Shown here piece after piece: positions 13,836 through 25,709 of a DNA stretch of 64,000 bases (its first letter is position 1; the number at the start of each line of letters is the position of its first letter). The DNA comes from Chiloscyllium plagiosum (taxonomy: Eukaryota): positions 81,481,366-81,545,365 of the forward strand of contig NC_057711.1 of assembly GCF_004010195.1 (NCBI RefSeq), given 5' to 3'. Under the pieces are notes generated by a model that saw only the letters and a list, made by a program, of their open reading frames with translations, searched no databases and was not told the DNA's origin. The position numbers and the translations under genes are program-made.

Positions 13836-14270
13836 ACATAGAGTCATAGAGTCTTAGATTCATGCAGCATGGAAACAAACGCTTCTGTCCAACCAGTCCA
13901 TGCCCACCATATTCCCAAAGTAAACTAGTCCCACTTCCCTCAAAACCTTTCCTATTCATGAACCTTTCCAAATGTTTTTATGTGTTGTAACTCTACTGCA
14001 TCCATCACTTTCCCGGCAGTTCGTTCCATATATGTACCACTGTGTATAATCATTGCCCCTCATGTCCTTTTTAAATCTTTCTTCTTTCACTTTAAAAACA
14101 TGTCCCCTAGTTTTGAACTCCTGCTCCCTAAGGAAAAGACCCTTGTTATTCATCTTGTTCTATCCCCCTCATAATCTGTTAACCCTCAATAAGGTCACCC
14201 TCAACTTTCCATGCTCCGGTGAAAAATGTCCCAGTCTTTCCAATCTATTTTTATATCTCAAACCTTCCAT
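13836..14270 (-). mobile_element. CR1 (HER1-like) LINE 3' end
   Basis: (CATAGAGT)n tail; minus-strand peptides 'EFKTRGHVFKVKEERFKKD' and 'GLRYKNRLERLGHFSPE'. Confidence 0.9.
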
Positions 14271-14279
14271 CTGGTCGAG

Positions 14280-14563
14280 TAGATTAGATTCCCTACAATG
14301 TGGAAACAGGCCCTTTGGCCCAACCAGCCCTCCAAAGAGTAACCCACCCACTAATGCAACTAACACTATGGGCAATTTAGCATGGTCAATTCACCTAACC
14401 TGCACATCTTTGGACTGTGGGAGGAAACCGGAGCACCCGGAGGAAACCCACGCAGACACGGGGAGAATGTGCAAACTCCATACAGTCACCTGAGGCTGGA
14501 ATCAAACCTGGGACCTTGGTGCTGTGAGGCAGCAGTGCTAACCACTGAGCCACCGTGCCGCCC
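14280..14563 (-). mobile_element. HE1-type V-SINE
   Basis: Full A/B box head, V domain and (TAGAT)n tail in reverse orientation. Confidence 0.9.
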
Positions 14564-15341
14564 AATATGGCTTGTCTGTCTGATTCCTTTCCACTTGAGG
14601 CATCATTTCCTCAAAGATCTCACTGTAGACATGAACATATGAAGTGGAGACCTAGAGGAAGGAAGGGACATCAACCTGCTTGCACTCCTCAGCAAAAGGT
14701 TCATCAAAAGAATGGTGGGTTGACACCTCTGCTCCTAAGTCAATTAATACATTGCTTTCCAGTTTCATGCACACTGAAAGGCAAGTCCCTCTCACTCTAC
14801 ATAAGACTGAGCCTCTTCCTAAAGGAACCACACTCCCTTCCTTGCTGTCAGTGTGTTACACAAGCAGCATGATGTCTTGTGAGAACAGAAGATCGTTGCA
14901 CTGCTTCCAATGACAGTGGTGGTTATGGGTGTGGATGGCAGTCTTATTTGAAGGGCCTAGCCCTGTCATAATTTTAACATCTCTCTGGAGCATCCTTGGG
15001 CACAATCAGCTACGAGACTTACTATGGAGATGGGACAGCAATGACTGGGTCTGGGCATGCTGTGCAGCAATGTGTTCCATCTGCTGTAACCTTTTTCTTA
15101 GTGTTAGGAATCCATTCTTTCCCAGATGATATGATCCCACACTTCAAAGAAAGACAATTGATACTTGTCACAATTAAGCCCCCGCAATTCAATTGAGAGA
15201 TCCTTATCTATCATCACGTCTGCTATGATGTTCAGATGCCTGTCCCCAGTTGATTTGAAAGAGGGACCCAGAGGACAATATAATTAAACAACTGAACCAG
15301 CTCCAGGCCAAAGTTATTTTCACCTTTACAGCTTAGGACCC

Positions 15342-15826
15342 GGCAGTGTTGATGTGGAGGTGCTGGAGTTGGACTGGGATGGACAAAGTTAAAAATCACA
15401 CAACACCAGGTTATAGTCCAAACGTTTATTTGGAAGTAAAAGCTATCAGAGCGCTGCTCCTTCATCAGGTAGGTAGTGGGACAGGATCTCAGGACACAGA
15501 ATTTATAGCAAAACATCAAAGGGTCATACAACTGATGTGGTGTATTGAACAAACCTAGTTGCTGTTAAATCTTTAATCACTTAGCATGGTTTTGATTCAT
15601 TAATGTGTAAATCCAAGAACTTCATTCAAGTCACATTCCCGAGATAACTTTAGGTTTTATTAAAAAAATGACATCACCTCAGCTGTATGACACTTTGATC
15701 TTTTGCGATACAGTCTGTGTCCTATCATCCTGCCCCACTAGCTACCTGACAGGGAGCAGCACTCTGTTAGCTAGTACTTCCAAATAAACCTATTGGACTA
15801 TAACCTGGTGTTGTGTGATTTTTAGC
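15342..15826. mobile_element. PLE-derived non-autonomous element with ~100-bp inverted ends (hammerhead family 2)
   Basis: 'aaaaatcacacaacaccaggttatagtcca...gctccttcatcaggt' mirrored at ~15742-15824; candidate TSD TAGGACCC at 15334-15341 and 15827-15834. Confidence 0.75.
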
Positions 15827-16579
15827 TAGGACCCTTCATCTCTACATTTTCCCCCAGGACTGCATTTTAAAGCCTCAGAATGAAAATTTAGGAGAGTGGT
15901 TAGGAGTATTTTCGATTCGGTGTGGGGTTTAAGTTGTTGGATTGGGGTGAGATTTAAGTTCAGGTCTGTTATTGATGGTGGGGATGGTGGGGAGAAGTTT
16001 CAGTTCTTGATTGAAAGAGGGATGATGATGATTGGGAATGGTTTCTCCAAAGAAATCACAAACATCTACCAATTCGTTAGTTTGTCTTATAATCAGCAAA
16101 CAGGCCTTCGAGAGGTGTCTTTAAAATCTCAACAACCTCAAAAATAAGAATTTTAAATGGGCCTCAGAAATCAATTCTTGTTCCAAAAGCCATTGCTGCT
16201 TCAGAGCTCACAAAATCTCATCCGTGGAATTTGTAACCCCACTGTTTGAGAAGTCCTGGCTGAGACTGTAATCTACAGAAAGGTTGCTACTCATTGTACA
16301 TCCTATTGATTATTGGTTAATACTGGATGGGTTCAATAATCCACAGGAGATCCAGTCATCAAACTCCTACCCAGGCACAGAAGGTGAGCTTTATCTCAAT
16401 GAGCCCAGTATAGTCTCTATGTTTAGTAGGGTAGAGAAACCAGGAAATAAGTTTGCACTGGAGATAATTCATTCTATATTTTAAAACACCCTGTTCTTAC
16501 CTTGTTTACCATTATAAACAGCCATTTCTATGCTTATAAGGGAAACTGCTAATTTATCATTAATTCTATTGTCCAAACA

Positions 16580-16900
16580 TTCTTCATTATGCTTTCTTCC
16601 TTTTCATTTGCTTCTAATATTCCCCACCTCCTATCCATTCCTCTTCTTTCTACTTTCTGCACAATCCTCTATCCTTCTTTCTACTATCTATTCTCTTACT
16701 TTTTTTTATCTCCCTGTGTTCTCCCTGTCTTTCCTCAATCTTTCCTTTCTCCTTCCATTCTCCATTTCCCTGTCTTCTCTCTACCACCTTCTCTCCTCTC
16801 TATTCTCTATCTCCATTTTTCACTTTCATTACTTTCTCCTCCCCTCACCTATCTTGTCTGCATTGACTACTCCTCTATTGCCCTCTTATCCATTCTCCTA
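16580..16900. repeat. Pyrimidine-rich (C/T) low-complexity tract
   Basis: About 320 bp dominated by C and T. Confidence 0.8.
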
Positions 16901-19900
16901 ATTCTTGGCCGAGGGCAGGATGGTATGATGATGATTGAAAACAGTGTTCAGTAGTGGAAACTCTTACAAATGGTGGTCTGTATGGCGGTGGAGGCCGTTA
17001 GTTAATGGACAAGTTAGCTTGAAAACAATATGGTGGAAAGGAATCCCACAGCTGAAGTACAATGATGGTTGAATCAAAAAACAGTAATACTAGTGTCAAG
17101 GTCTGCATTATTACAGCCATGTTCAAGATGGTAAGGAATTAAAATATGCAGCAGAGTTTGAAAGAGCAGTGAGTGGAACAAGACAAAAGCCAGTCAAAAC
17201 TGACAATTCTTTCATATTTCTGAAGAAGTGAGTGATGCAGTAAGATATTACAAATTATGTTTGACTGAAGATTAAACTGAGACATAAAAAATGGAAAAGG
17301 TTAAAAACTTTAATGGCAGATTGATGCTTACCTTTTGTATGTGCCATCAAAAATCCCCAGTCAGTGATTAAACTGATGAAAGCAACTGTGAAATTAGCTG
17401 AAAAGTGATGGTGACTGTCATCTGCCATTATGCAATCAGTATGACATGGTGTTTTTAAACATTTTAAATTATAATTGTGGGTCTGGATGTTTCTAATAGA
17501 AATGCTGGAACAAAATATATGACAAAAATGTGAAAATATGATATCAAATAATGCAATTAGCAAGTGTGAGCAGATGTAGGATCTTCAAACAGCAATGTGA
17601 AAATACAGCTCAATCAAGACAAATTTCAGAAACATGCAATATGCTGAGTGGTTCTGCTGAAATGCTACTTTACAGTAAAATTATCAAGCTAAAAATGTAT
17701 GTTAGTTAACCATTATAATAACTATTTAAAAATATTAATTTACTCATAAATAAATAAATTTTTGTCCATTTTATATTAGAAGGATATTGGGAGAAAGTCA
17801 CATCAATAAATCAGGTTATTTCTTTATCCAGTAAAGGGATGTGCGTTATAACATGCAACATATTCATTGAAATACATCACGTCAATCAACTTAACCAAAC
17901 TCATTAACAGTACATAATCTGTAATTCCGATTGCTTACATACCTCTTTACACTGTTTAACCAATGCATTATTCAGGCACAAAATACTAAAAAGATACCAT
18001 ATCACATAGCTCTGAGGACCCCAAGTGGAAAACTAATGCAAAACACTGTACAATTGGACAATTGTGAAGAAATAATTTTATTCACTCAGTTGTTCGATTG
18101 TTATGTATTGCATAATGAACATTAACAAATTGTATATTAAAATTAAAAGCAGACATAACAATAACTTTCAGACAATTTAATAAATATTTGAAGCATAAAA
18201 AATTGCAGAGCTACAGAGAAAAACAAGTGGATTTAATCCGATAGCTCTTTCAAGGTTTTGGCACAGGCTCAGTGGGCAAAATGACCTTTCTCTATATTGT
18301 ATCTTTCACTGGTTCAATGAATTTAAATGAGCCACAGTGCTGGCGCACTAATTCACACCCTGCAACTTCAGAAATTGTGCTCAACTCATCTGCTCATGCC
18401 CTGATACCCTGAAATTATGGTGACTTTCTGACACCAATGACATCAAAAGCTGACAGTTCACTGTAAACTTACCACCGCCAAGCCATCACTGCCAGCCGTC
18501 ACTGCAACTCCCCCAGCTCACCTCACACCTCATGCCCTAAAAACTCTGGCTGAAAGTCTTTGTTTGCTACAAACAATATTTTCTGATAGAGTTTCACATC
18601 TGTGCTGCACATGTGGTCTTCTCAGGGGAATGTGTTCCACCAGAACTATTAAACTAATTAACATAATAAATTACTATATACCTAAACTCCCCCATCTCTC
18701 ATTGGCATGACATTACTCCCAGCCAGGAACGCTGAGTAACCGCGATATTGCCTGAATGGATGAATGGACTATTTTCATTTCCATTATTAGTCATAATTCT
18801 ATTGCATCAACTCACTTCAGAAAATGAATATGTATAATTATTCCAGGAACATTCCTTTGAATTGTCATCAATCATAACATCACATGTAACAAATTTTGTC
18901 AACTACCAGCACTGAATTAAGAAGCCTCATTTGTATGCAATTAAAGGCATACCATGAACTGGAGCAAGCTGACAAGCAATGGATGCCCAGAGATAATTGG
19001 GCATAGAAGCTGACACTAGTGCCCTATAATTGGCAGAGTTTAAGATTCTGAATGCCAGTCCTAGCTGGCACTCAGTCGCAATTTTCCTTAATGAGTAATC
19101 GGATGATTAGCACAAGCATTCAGCTGGTTGGTAGATGGAATACTTTACCGTGGACAAATAGCTTATCTTCAGGAGGAGGAGAAAAATGCAGGCAGGCCAA
19201 TCCCACCCCTCCTGGCATCCCAGAGCAATCCCAAAATGTGCCAGTCTGCAGCTGTTAGAATCTGAACAAAAGGTAAACAACTTTTTTTTAAAGTAACATT
19301 TTCTAAATGTGAAAATTACAGAGCTCATTAAAAATATGTATTTGTAAATGAAGAGCTTTGCTGTTTGTTCCCCGCAACAATACATAAATAGCCATATAGC
19401 AAAATACAAATATGTTCAAATAATATATATCTTACTAGTGACCCTTGATTCATGAAGGAAAAGGTTGTAAAACCGAAAAAGCAGAAAGAAGTCAGAAAGT
19501 GCCTTCTCTATCTTGCCAAACTGCAGTTCTTGTGGGCTACTTTCCCTCAGGTTTGCAACTGTGAGTGGGTGAAATACATCGTAAATTGGCCTTCAACAAG
19601 GAGAAAAAAGATTATGTTCCACTAAACAAAAGGCTGAGCATCAACAATGTGGTCTTGCAGGAGAATGTATTTCGTGAAACATAACAAACTGGTTCCTCCC
19701 TGCATCTGTCACCATTGACAGTTGGCTCTTAACACAGCTTCAGTCTGGACCAATCAAATCAGAGCCATGTCAGCAGGTGCCATTTTATTCCTGTGAAATT
19801 CATCAACTCAACAACCCATGAAACATCAGCGGACAGGAAAATTCATTAAAATGGGATAGGATCTGGGTCATGTGCATGGATGACTTCCGAGAAGTGGCAG

Positions 19901-22900
19901 GAACATGATGGGGGGAAACGAAAGTGTCTCAGGTGCACAAAGCAAATAAATAGGTCTCCCAACCATTGCCTGCTCAGACTGATCACGGTTAAAATCAGCA
20001 CAATGGAAAACAAGGAAAGTAACCTTTTGCTGAAATGACTACTGGTTATAGTACTATTTGAGATAAAGAAGGATAGTGCAGAATATTAGATAACCTAGAA
20101 TTACACCGTGACATTTGTTGCAAGGAGCGGCTATGAATATAGCGTTGTATTTGTTCTTATTTCTCTCAATTCTTGATCATTTCAATTTGTTTGCCAATAA
20201 AGTAGAAAATCTCTACTTCAGACATACAGTTTATACTTTATCAAAGAATATAATAGTCAAAATATTTGTTAATAAATGCTAGGCAGACAACTTGACAGCA
20301 CTCAGCTAGCATGCATTTTTCCCAGTCTAAGCTTGACCCATCGATCAACAATATCCCACAAAGACAGAGAGTGCTGGAGAAACACAGTAGGTCTGGCAGC
20401 AGCTGTGGAGAGAAAATATAAGTAACATTTTGAGTACAGTGATCCTCCATCAGAACTGGAGCTAGCTGAGGAAAGGTGGAATTTATATGATGATAGGGCA
20501 AAGCAGGTTAGACGGAGTGCTGTGAGGTGGTGGAGAGAGAGAATAGAGTACATTGAGACAGTGCTGAGAGACAGCGAGAAAAGGATTGGCTGTGCTGGGA
20601 GAACCCCATATAAGACAACATCTATCGGTGTGGAGAAGAGTATAAACAAGGGAGAGGGTATTCACAGTCTGAAATTGGTAAACACAACATTGAGTCCTGA
20701 AGGCTATAAGTTACCTCGGCAGAAGAGGAGGCACTTGTGCTGATCTTTGCTGGAGCAGTGTAGTATTGTTAAGACAGAAATATTAGTACAGTCACATGGT
20801 GTTGTGTTGCAATGGCAGGCAGCTGGAAGTTCAGGGTTATTTTTACAAACTGAGTATAGGCATTCAGCAAAGCAGTCACCCAGTGTAAAGCCTTCCCAGT
20901 GTAAAGGAAGTAACACTGTGAACAGTGAATACAGTAGACTAGATTGAGTGAAGCGTAAGTAAATAGCTGCTTCACCTGGAAGGTGCGTCTGGGGCCTTGG
21001 ACAATGAGGAAGGAGGAAGTTAATGGGCAAGTGTTACACTTCTGCAATTGCATTGGAAGCTGCGGGTATGGGTAAGTGTTGGGAGGTGGAGAAGGAGAGG
21101 ACAAGAATGCCCCAGAGGGAGCAATCCCAAGAAGACTGACAAGGGAGGGGAGGGAAATATGTGTCTGATGGTGGCATCTCACTGAGGGTGATGGAAATGG
21201 TGGCTAATGATCCTTTGAGCTTGGAATTAGAATTAACTTTATTGTCACATATACTTACATGAGTACAGTGAAATGTTTACAAGTTGCCACTTACAGCACC
21301 ATCTTAGGTATTAATTCTTAAGTACAAATTCTTAAGGAAAACAATTTGAAAAATCAAGCAATAGGAAATCCTGCAATAAATTAGAAAAGTAGAGAAACAA
21401 GAACTCAAAATAATAGTCCTTCCAACCAAGATCGCTTTGGGCTTCACCTCTCGGCGGGAGTACCGGGAATCAAATCCATGCTGTGGCCGGGAGTTCGAGT
21501 CCACACTGAAGCTGGGAGTCCACACTGAGGCAGGGAGTTTGAGCCCATTTTGAGGCTGGGAGTTTGAGTTCATGCTGAGGCCAGGAGTTCAGGTCTACAC
21601 TGAGGCCTGGAGTTTGAGTCCACACTGTGGCCAGGGGTTCGAATTCATGCTGAGGCCAGGGGTTCGAGTCCAGGCTGAGGCTGGGGGTTCAAGTCCACCC
21701 TGAGGCCGGGGGTATGAGTCTAGGCTCAGTCCAGGCTGAGGCCGGGACTTCGATTCCACCCTAAGTGCGTGAGTTTGAGTACACACTGAGGCCGGGAGTT
21801 CAGGACCACGCTGAAGCCGAGTGTTCAAGTCCATGGTGAGGTCAGGAGTTCATGTCCACACTGAGGCTGGGAGTTAGCATCTCCACTGAGGCCGAGAGTT
21901 CGAGTCCACACTGAGGCCGGGAGTCCACGCTGAGGCTGGGAGTCTACGCTGAGGCTGGGAGTTAGCATCTCCGCTGAAGCCAAGGGTTCGAGTCCATGCT
22001 GAGGCCTGGAGTTCGAGTCCACCCTGAGGACGGGAGTTCGATTCTACACTGAGGCCGGGTGTTCGATTCCACCCTGAGGCTGAGTGTTTGAGTCCACACT
22101 GAGGCCAGGGGTTAGAGTCTACACTGGGGCCGGGAGTCCGAGTCCATGCTGAGGCAGAGAGTTTGAGCCTATTCTGAGGCCATGTGTTTGAGTCCATGCT
22201 GAGGCTGGGAGTTTGAGTCCACACTGAGGCCAGATGATTGAGTCCACGCTAAGGCAGAGAGTTTGAGTCCAGGCTGAGGCCGGGAGTTCGAGTCCATGCT
22301 ACGGCTGGGGATTCAAATCCACATTGAGGCCAGGGTTTCGAGTCCATGCTGAGTCCAGGCTGAGGCCAGGACTTCGATTCCACCCTGAGTGCATAAGTTC
22401 GAGAACACACTGAGGCCGGGAGTTCAGGTCCACGCTGAGGCCGAGAGTTCAAGTCCACACTGAGGCAGAGAGTTTGAGTCCACGCTGAGGCCACATATTT
22501 GAATCCATGCTGAGGCCAGGAGTTCAAGTCGACGGTGAGGCCAGATGTTCAAGTCCATGCTGAGGCTGGAAGTTTGAGTCCATAGTGAGGTCAGGAGTTC
22601 CTGTCCACGCTGAGGCTGGGAGTTTGAGTCTACACTGAGGCCGGGAGTCCACGCTGAGGCTGGGAGTTCGGGTCCGTGCTGAGGCTAGATGTTTAAGTCC
22701 ACACTGAGGCCGGGAGTTCAAGTCCACGCTGAGGCCGGGAGTCCACGCTGAGGCCTGGAGTTCGGGTCCATGCTGAGGCTGGGAGTTTGAGTCTACACTG
22801 AGGCTGGGAGTTAGCGTCTTCGCTGAGGCCGGGAGTTCAAGTCCACACTGAGGCCGGGAGTCCACGCTGAGGCCGGGAGTTTGGGTCCATGCTGAGGCTA

Positions 22901-23293
22901 GATGTTCAAGTCCATGCTGAGGCCATGAGTTCGAGTCCATGCTGAGGCCGGGAGTTTGGGTCCATGCTGAGACTAGATGTTCAAGTCCATGCTGAGGCCA
23001 TGAGTTCAAGTCCATGCTGAGGCCGGGAGTTTGGGTCCATGCTGAGGCTAGATGTTCAAGTCCATGCTGAGGCCATGAGTTCAAGTCCATGCTGAGGCCG
23101 GGTGTTTGGGTCCATCCTGAGGCCGGGAGTTTGAGTCCATGCTGAGGCCGCGATCTCACATTAAGGCTGCGAGTCCACAGCGAGGTTGGGAGTCCATGCT
23201 GAGGAGAAAGTGAGGTCTGCAGATGCTGGAGATCAGAGCTGGAAATGTGTTGCTGGAAAAGCGCAGCAGGTCAGGCAGCATCCAGGGAACAGG

Positions 23294-23330
23294 AGAATCG
23301 ACGTTTCGGGCATAAGCCCTTCTTCAGGAA
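23294..23330 (-). ncRNA. Minimal type I hammerhead ribozyme motif (mirror copy)
   Basis: Exact reverse complement of 23336-23372. Confidence 0.8.
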
Positions 23331-23335
23331 AGGGC

Positions 23336-23372
23336 TTCCTGAAGAAGGGCTTATGCCCGAAACGTCGATTCT
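23336..23372 (+). ncRNA. Minimal type I hammerhead ribozyme motif (PLE type)
   Basis: CUGAAGA-A-GGGC(UUAU)GCCC-GAAA-CGUC; palindromic ACGU stem III; predicted cleavage after C23366. Confidence 0.8.
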
Positions 23373-23814
23373 CCTGTTCCCTGGATGCTGCCTGACCTGC
23401 TGCGCTTTTCCAGCAACACATTTCCAGTCCATGCTGAGGCAAGGAGTCCAAGCTGAGGCCGGGCCTCCACCCTGGCTTTCACCTGAGACATCACCGATGC
23501 CACCTGAAGACAGGCGGTTTAAAGAGAAAAGAAACATGAAAAGAGAGAGGAAAAGAAAAGAAACTGATGGAGTGGACAAAGTCTGGCTCAGGATCCTACT
23601 CCACCACCATCTTGGAATTGAAAAACATAGCTGATGCAATGGAGATGGAGAAACTGGGAGAATGGGATAGAGTCCTTACAGGAAGCAGGGAAACAATTTC
23701 CCACGTCAGGTTCTTGGTCAATGCTGATAAATAGGTGGGTGGGGATGGAGGGAAGGTGGCTGGGAAAGCGATAGGTAGATATAGGGGGGTTGATTGTTCA
23801 ATTGAATACATTGG

Positions 23815-23965
23815 AATAAATGGAGCAATCCACCTGCACACAGCAAGTTTCCATTTACTGTTGCCTCAGCACTGCACTGAAGGGTCAACTGAAATTTTGT
23901 GCTTTTAAGACTCACAACTTTCTGACCTGAGATGAGGTTGCCATCATTTGAGCAAAGTACCAAGC
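23815..23965 (-). mobile_element. Deu-SINE (SacSINE1/AmnSINE1-like) fragment
   Basis: 'cctcagcactgcactgaagggtca...ctcacaactttctgacctgag' matches the reverse of the SINE head and Deu domain. Confidence 0.5.
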
Positions 23966-24411
23966 TGATAAAACATCTGAACTGACTTATAGCTCATGAA
24001 CCAGGGAGGAAAATGAAATTACCTCAGATTACCATTCATTTTCACAAAAAGGTGACCCCAGTTGAAAACTTAGATGTGTAGAAATTGAATGAAGTCAAAA
24101 TTATGCAAGGTTGTGATAATCTCAAAGCTCAATAGTTTTTTGGCACTTGACAGAAACTTTTAATGGCCACATTCTGCCATTTTTGACATTTCTGTGATGA
24201 AGTGCATTGAAACCATTCCTCACTGAAACAGCATCAATATTGTCCCCACCCGACCATTCAATGTAGATAAAGTCCTCACCCAGGGAACTATGTCAGAATG
24301 ATGTTAGAAAAGAATGGAAGACCAGTTCATCAGAACCCAACCTCAAACCTTTGATACAAAGTTGTAAACCTATAGCAGATGTCTGCTATAGCACAATCTG
24401 ACACCGCAGTA

Positions 24412-24954
24412 CAGGTCGATCTGGTTTAGGTTAGATTACTTACAGTGTGGAAACAGGCCCTTCAGCCCAACAAGTCCACACCGACCCTCCGAAGAGCAAC
24501 CCACCCAGATCCATTCCCTTACATTTACCCCTTCACCTAACACATGGCCAATTCACCTAACCTGCACATTTTTGGATTGCGGGAGGAAACTGGAGCACCC
24601 AGACGAAACCCCCTCAGACACAGGGAGAATGTGCAAACTCCACACAGACAGTTGTCTGAGGTGGGAATTGAACCCGGGCCTCTGGCGCTGTGAGGCAGCA
24701 GTGCTAACCACTGAGCCACTGTGCCGCCCACAATGTGTGTTATGCGTGTTTAATGTGTGTTTCATTAATGCGGATTCACTATAACATGACTGACAAATTG
24801 GGAACATCGTTTCTATTCCATGAACGTTTAAAGCATGTATTGGTTATAATATTATTCTGACCCCATCAGTTTAAATGGTGCTGCTATTACGCAATTTTCT
24901 TACAACACGGGATTGCACGAGAACAGAGCTACCGTGTTGGAGCAGAATCGACTG
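24412..24954. mobile_element. Tc1/mariner (Tigger-like) non-autonomous DNA transposon containing a SINE insertion
   Basis: TA-CAGGTCGATCTG ... CAGAATCGACTG-TA: imperfect terminal inverted repeats with TA target duplication. Confidence 0.6.
24424..24730 (-). mobile_element. HE1-type V-SINE
   Basis: Full-length reverse copy. Confidence 0.9.
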
Positions 24955-25403
24955 TATTTTAAGGAACAGTTTGCAAGGTTTGTCAATCAAATGACATGAT
25001 TTGTTCACCTATCAAGGATTAGTTATTTTAATTAGGCCGATGAATTTGAAACGAAACATTTTATTTTAACTACACACAACTTCCAATAGATTATGAGAGG
25101 CTGAATATCCATATTTCTATTGAAGATACTCATGCAGACATAGAAGCCTGTAGAATTCAGCCTAGTGGTTACAAATGTATTCAGAATGGGTCAAAAGAAT
25201 TTTGTAAGTAATAAGGAATCAGAAAATCCAATGATTCCAGTGCAGAGCCCTGCTGGTCCAGTTAACTTGGGGAGGAGGGGATGATCTCAAGGGATAACTG
25301 TGAATTTTGAAGCATCAGGAAGCTTGAAATGTACAGTGTCAGGAAAAACCCTAGCAGAGCCTCTATGGACTGTTGTCTATAATGCTTAACAAGCAGAGCC
25401 TGC

Positions 25404-25709
25404 ATTAGATTAGATTACATTACAGTGTGGAAACAGGCCCTTAGGCCCAACAAGTCCACACCGACGCGCAACCCACCCATACCCCTACATTTACCCATTA
25501 CCTAACACTACGGGCAATTTAACATGGTCAATTCACCTGACCTGCACATCTTTTTTGGATTGTGGGAGGAAACCAGAGCACCCGGAGGAAACCCACGCAG
25601 ACACGGGGAGAATGTGCAAACTCCACACAGCCAGTCGCCTGAGGTGGGAATTGAACCCGGGTCTCAGGCACTGTGAGGCAGCAGTGCTAACCACTGTGCC
25701 ACCGTGCTG
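25404..25709 (-). mobile_element. HE1-type V-SINE
   Basis: Full-length reverse copy with (TTAGA)n tail. Confidence 0.9.

Larger units (their letters stand above)
23205..23427. mobile_element. Young PLE-derived palindromic mini-element
   Basis: Perfect 92-bp inverted repeat (23239-23330 / 23336-23427) with a 5-bp spacer; flanked by AGTCCATGCTGAGG at 23191-23204 and 23426-23439. Confidence 0.9.
21475..23465. repeat. GC-rich VNTR with ~25-bp unit (CTGAGGCCGGGAGTTCGAGTCCACG) and shorter ~18-19-bp variants
   Basis: Directly visible tandem array; includes a 75-bp higher-order repeat present three times at 22871-23095. Confidence 0.95.
21224..23617 (-). mobile_element. Non-coding VNTR-containing retroposon, copy 1
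   Basis: Minus strand starts TTCCAAGATGGTGGTGG (23617) and ends ...TTTCACTGTACTC..GTGACAATAAA..(TTCTAA) tail (21224). Contains a ~2-kb internal VNTR and interrupts a PLE. Confidence 0.7.
20358..23690 (-). mobile_element. Penelope-like element, decayed, interrupted at ~21224-23617
   Basis: GIY-YIG-like 'FTYASLNLVYCIHCSQCYFLYTG' (ORF 20769-21182); pLTR with decayed hammerhead at ~20358-20460. PLE sequence resumes at ~23625-23690 and matches the reverse complement of ~61795-61860. Confidence 0.8.

Noticed and set aside
14053..14642. 146-aa and 86-aa ORFs
   Set aside because: Antisense readings of CR1 and SINE sequence; the same peptides recur at every SINE copy.
14570..15230. Possible Harbinger transposase relic on the minus strand
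   Set aside because: Only faint motif resemblance; too weak to call without an alignment.
16530..16954. Hydrophobic Leu/Ser/Phe-rich ORFs (membrane-protein-like)
   Set aside because: Consequence of the pyrimidine-rich low-complexity tract.
22524..23159. 211-aa ORF and neighbouring minus-strand ORFs
   Set aside because: Translations of the 25-bp VNTR; periodic peptides in several frames.
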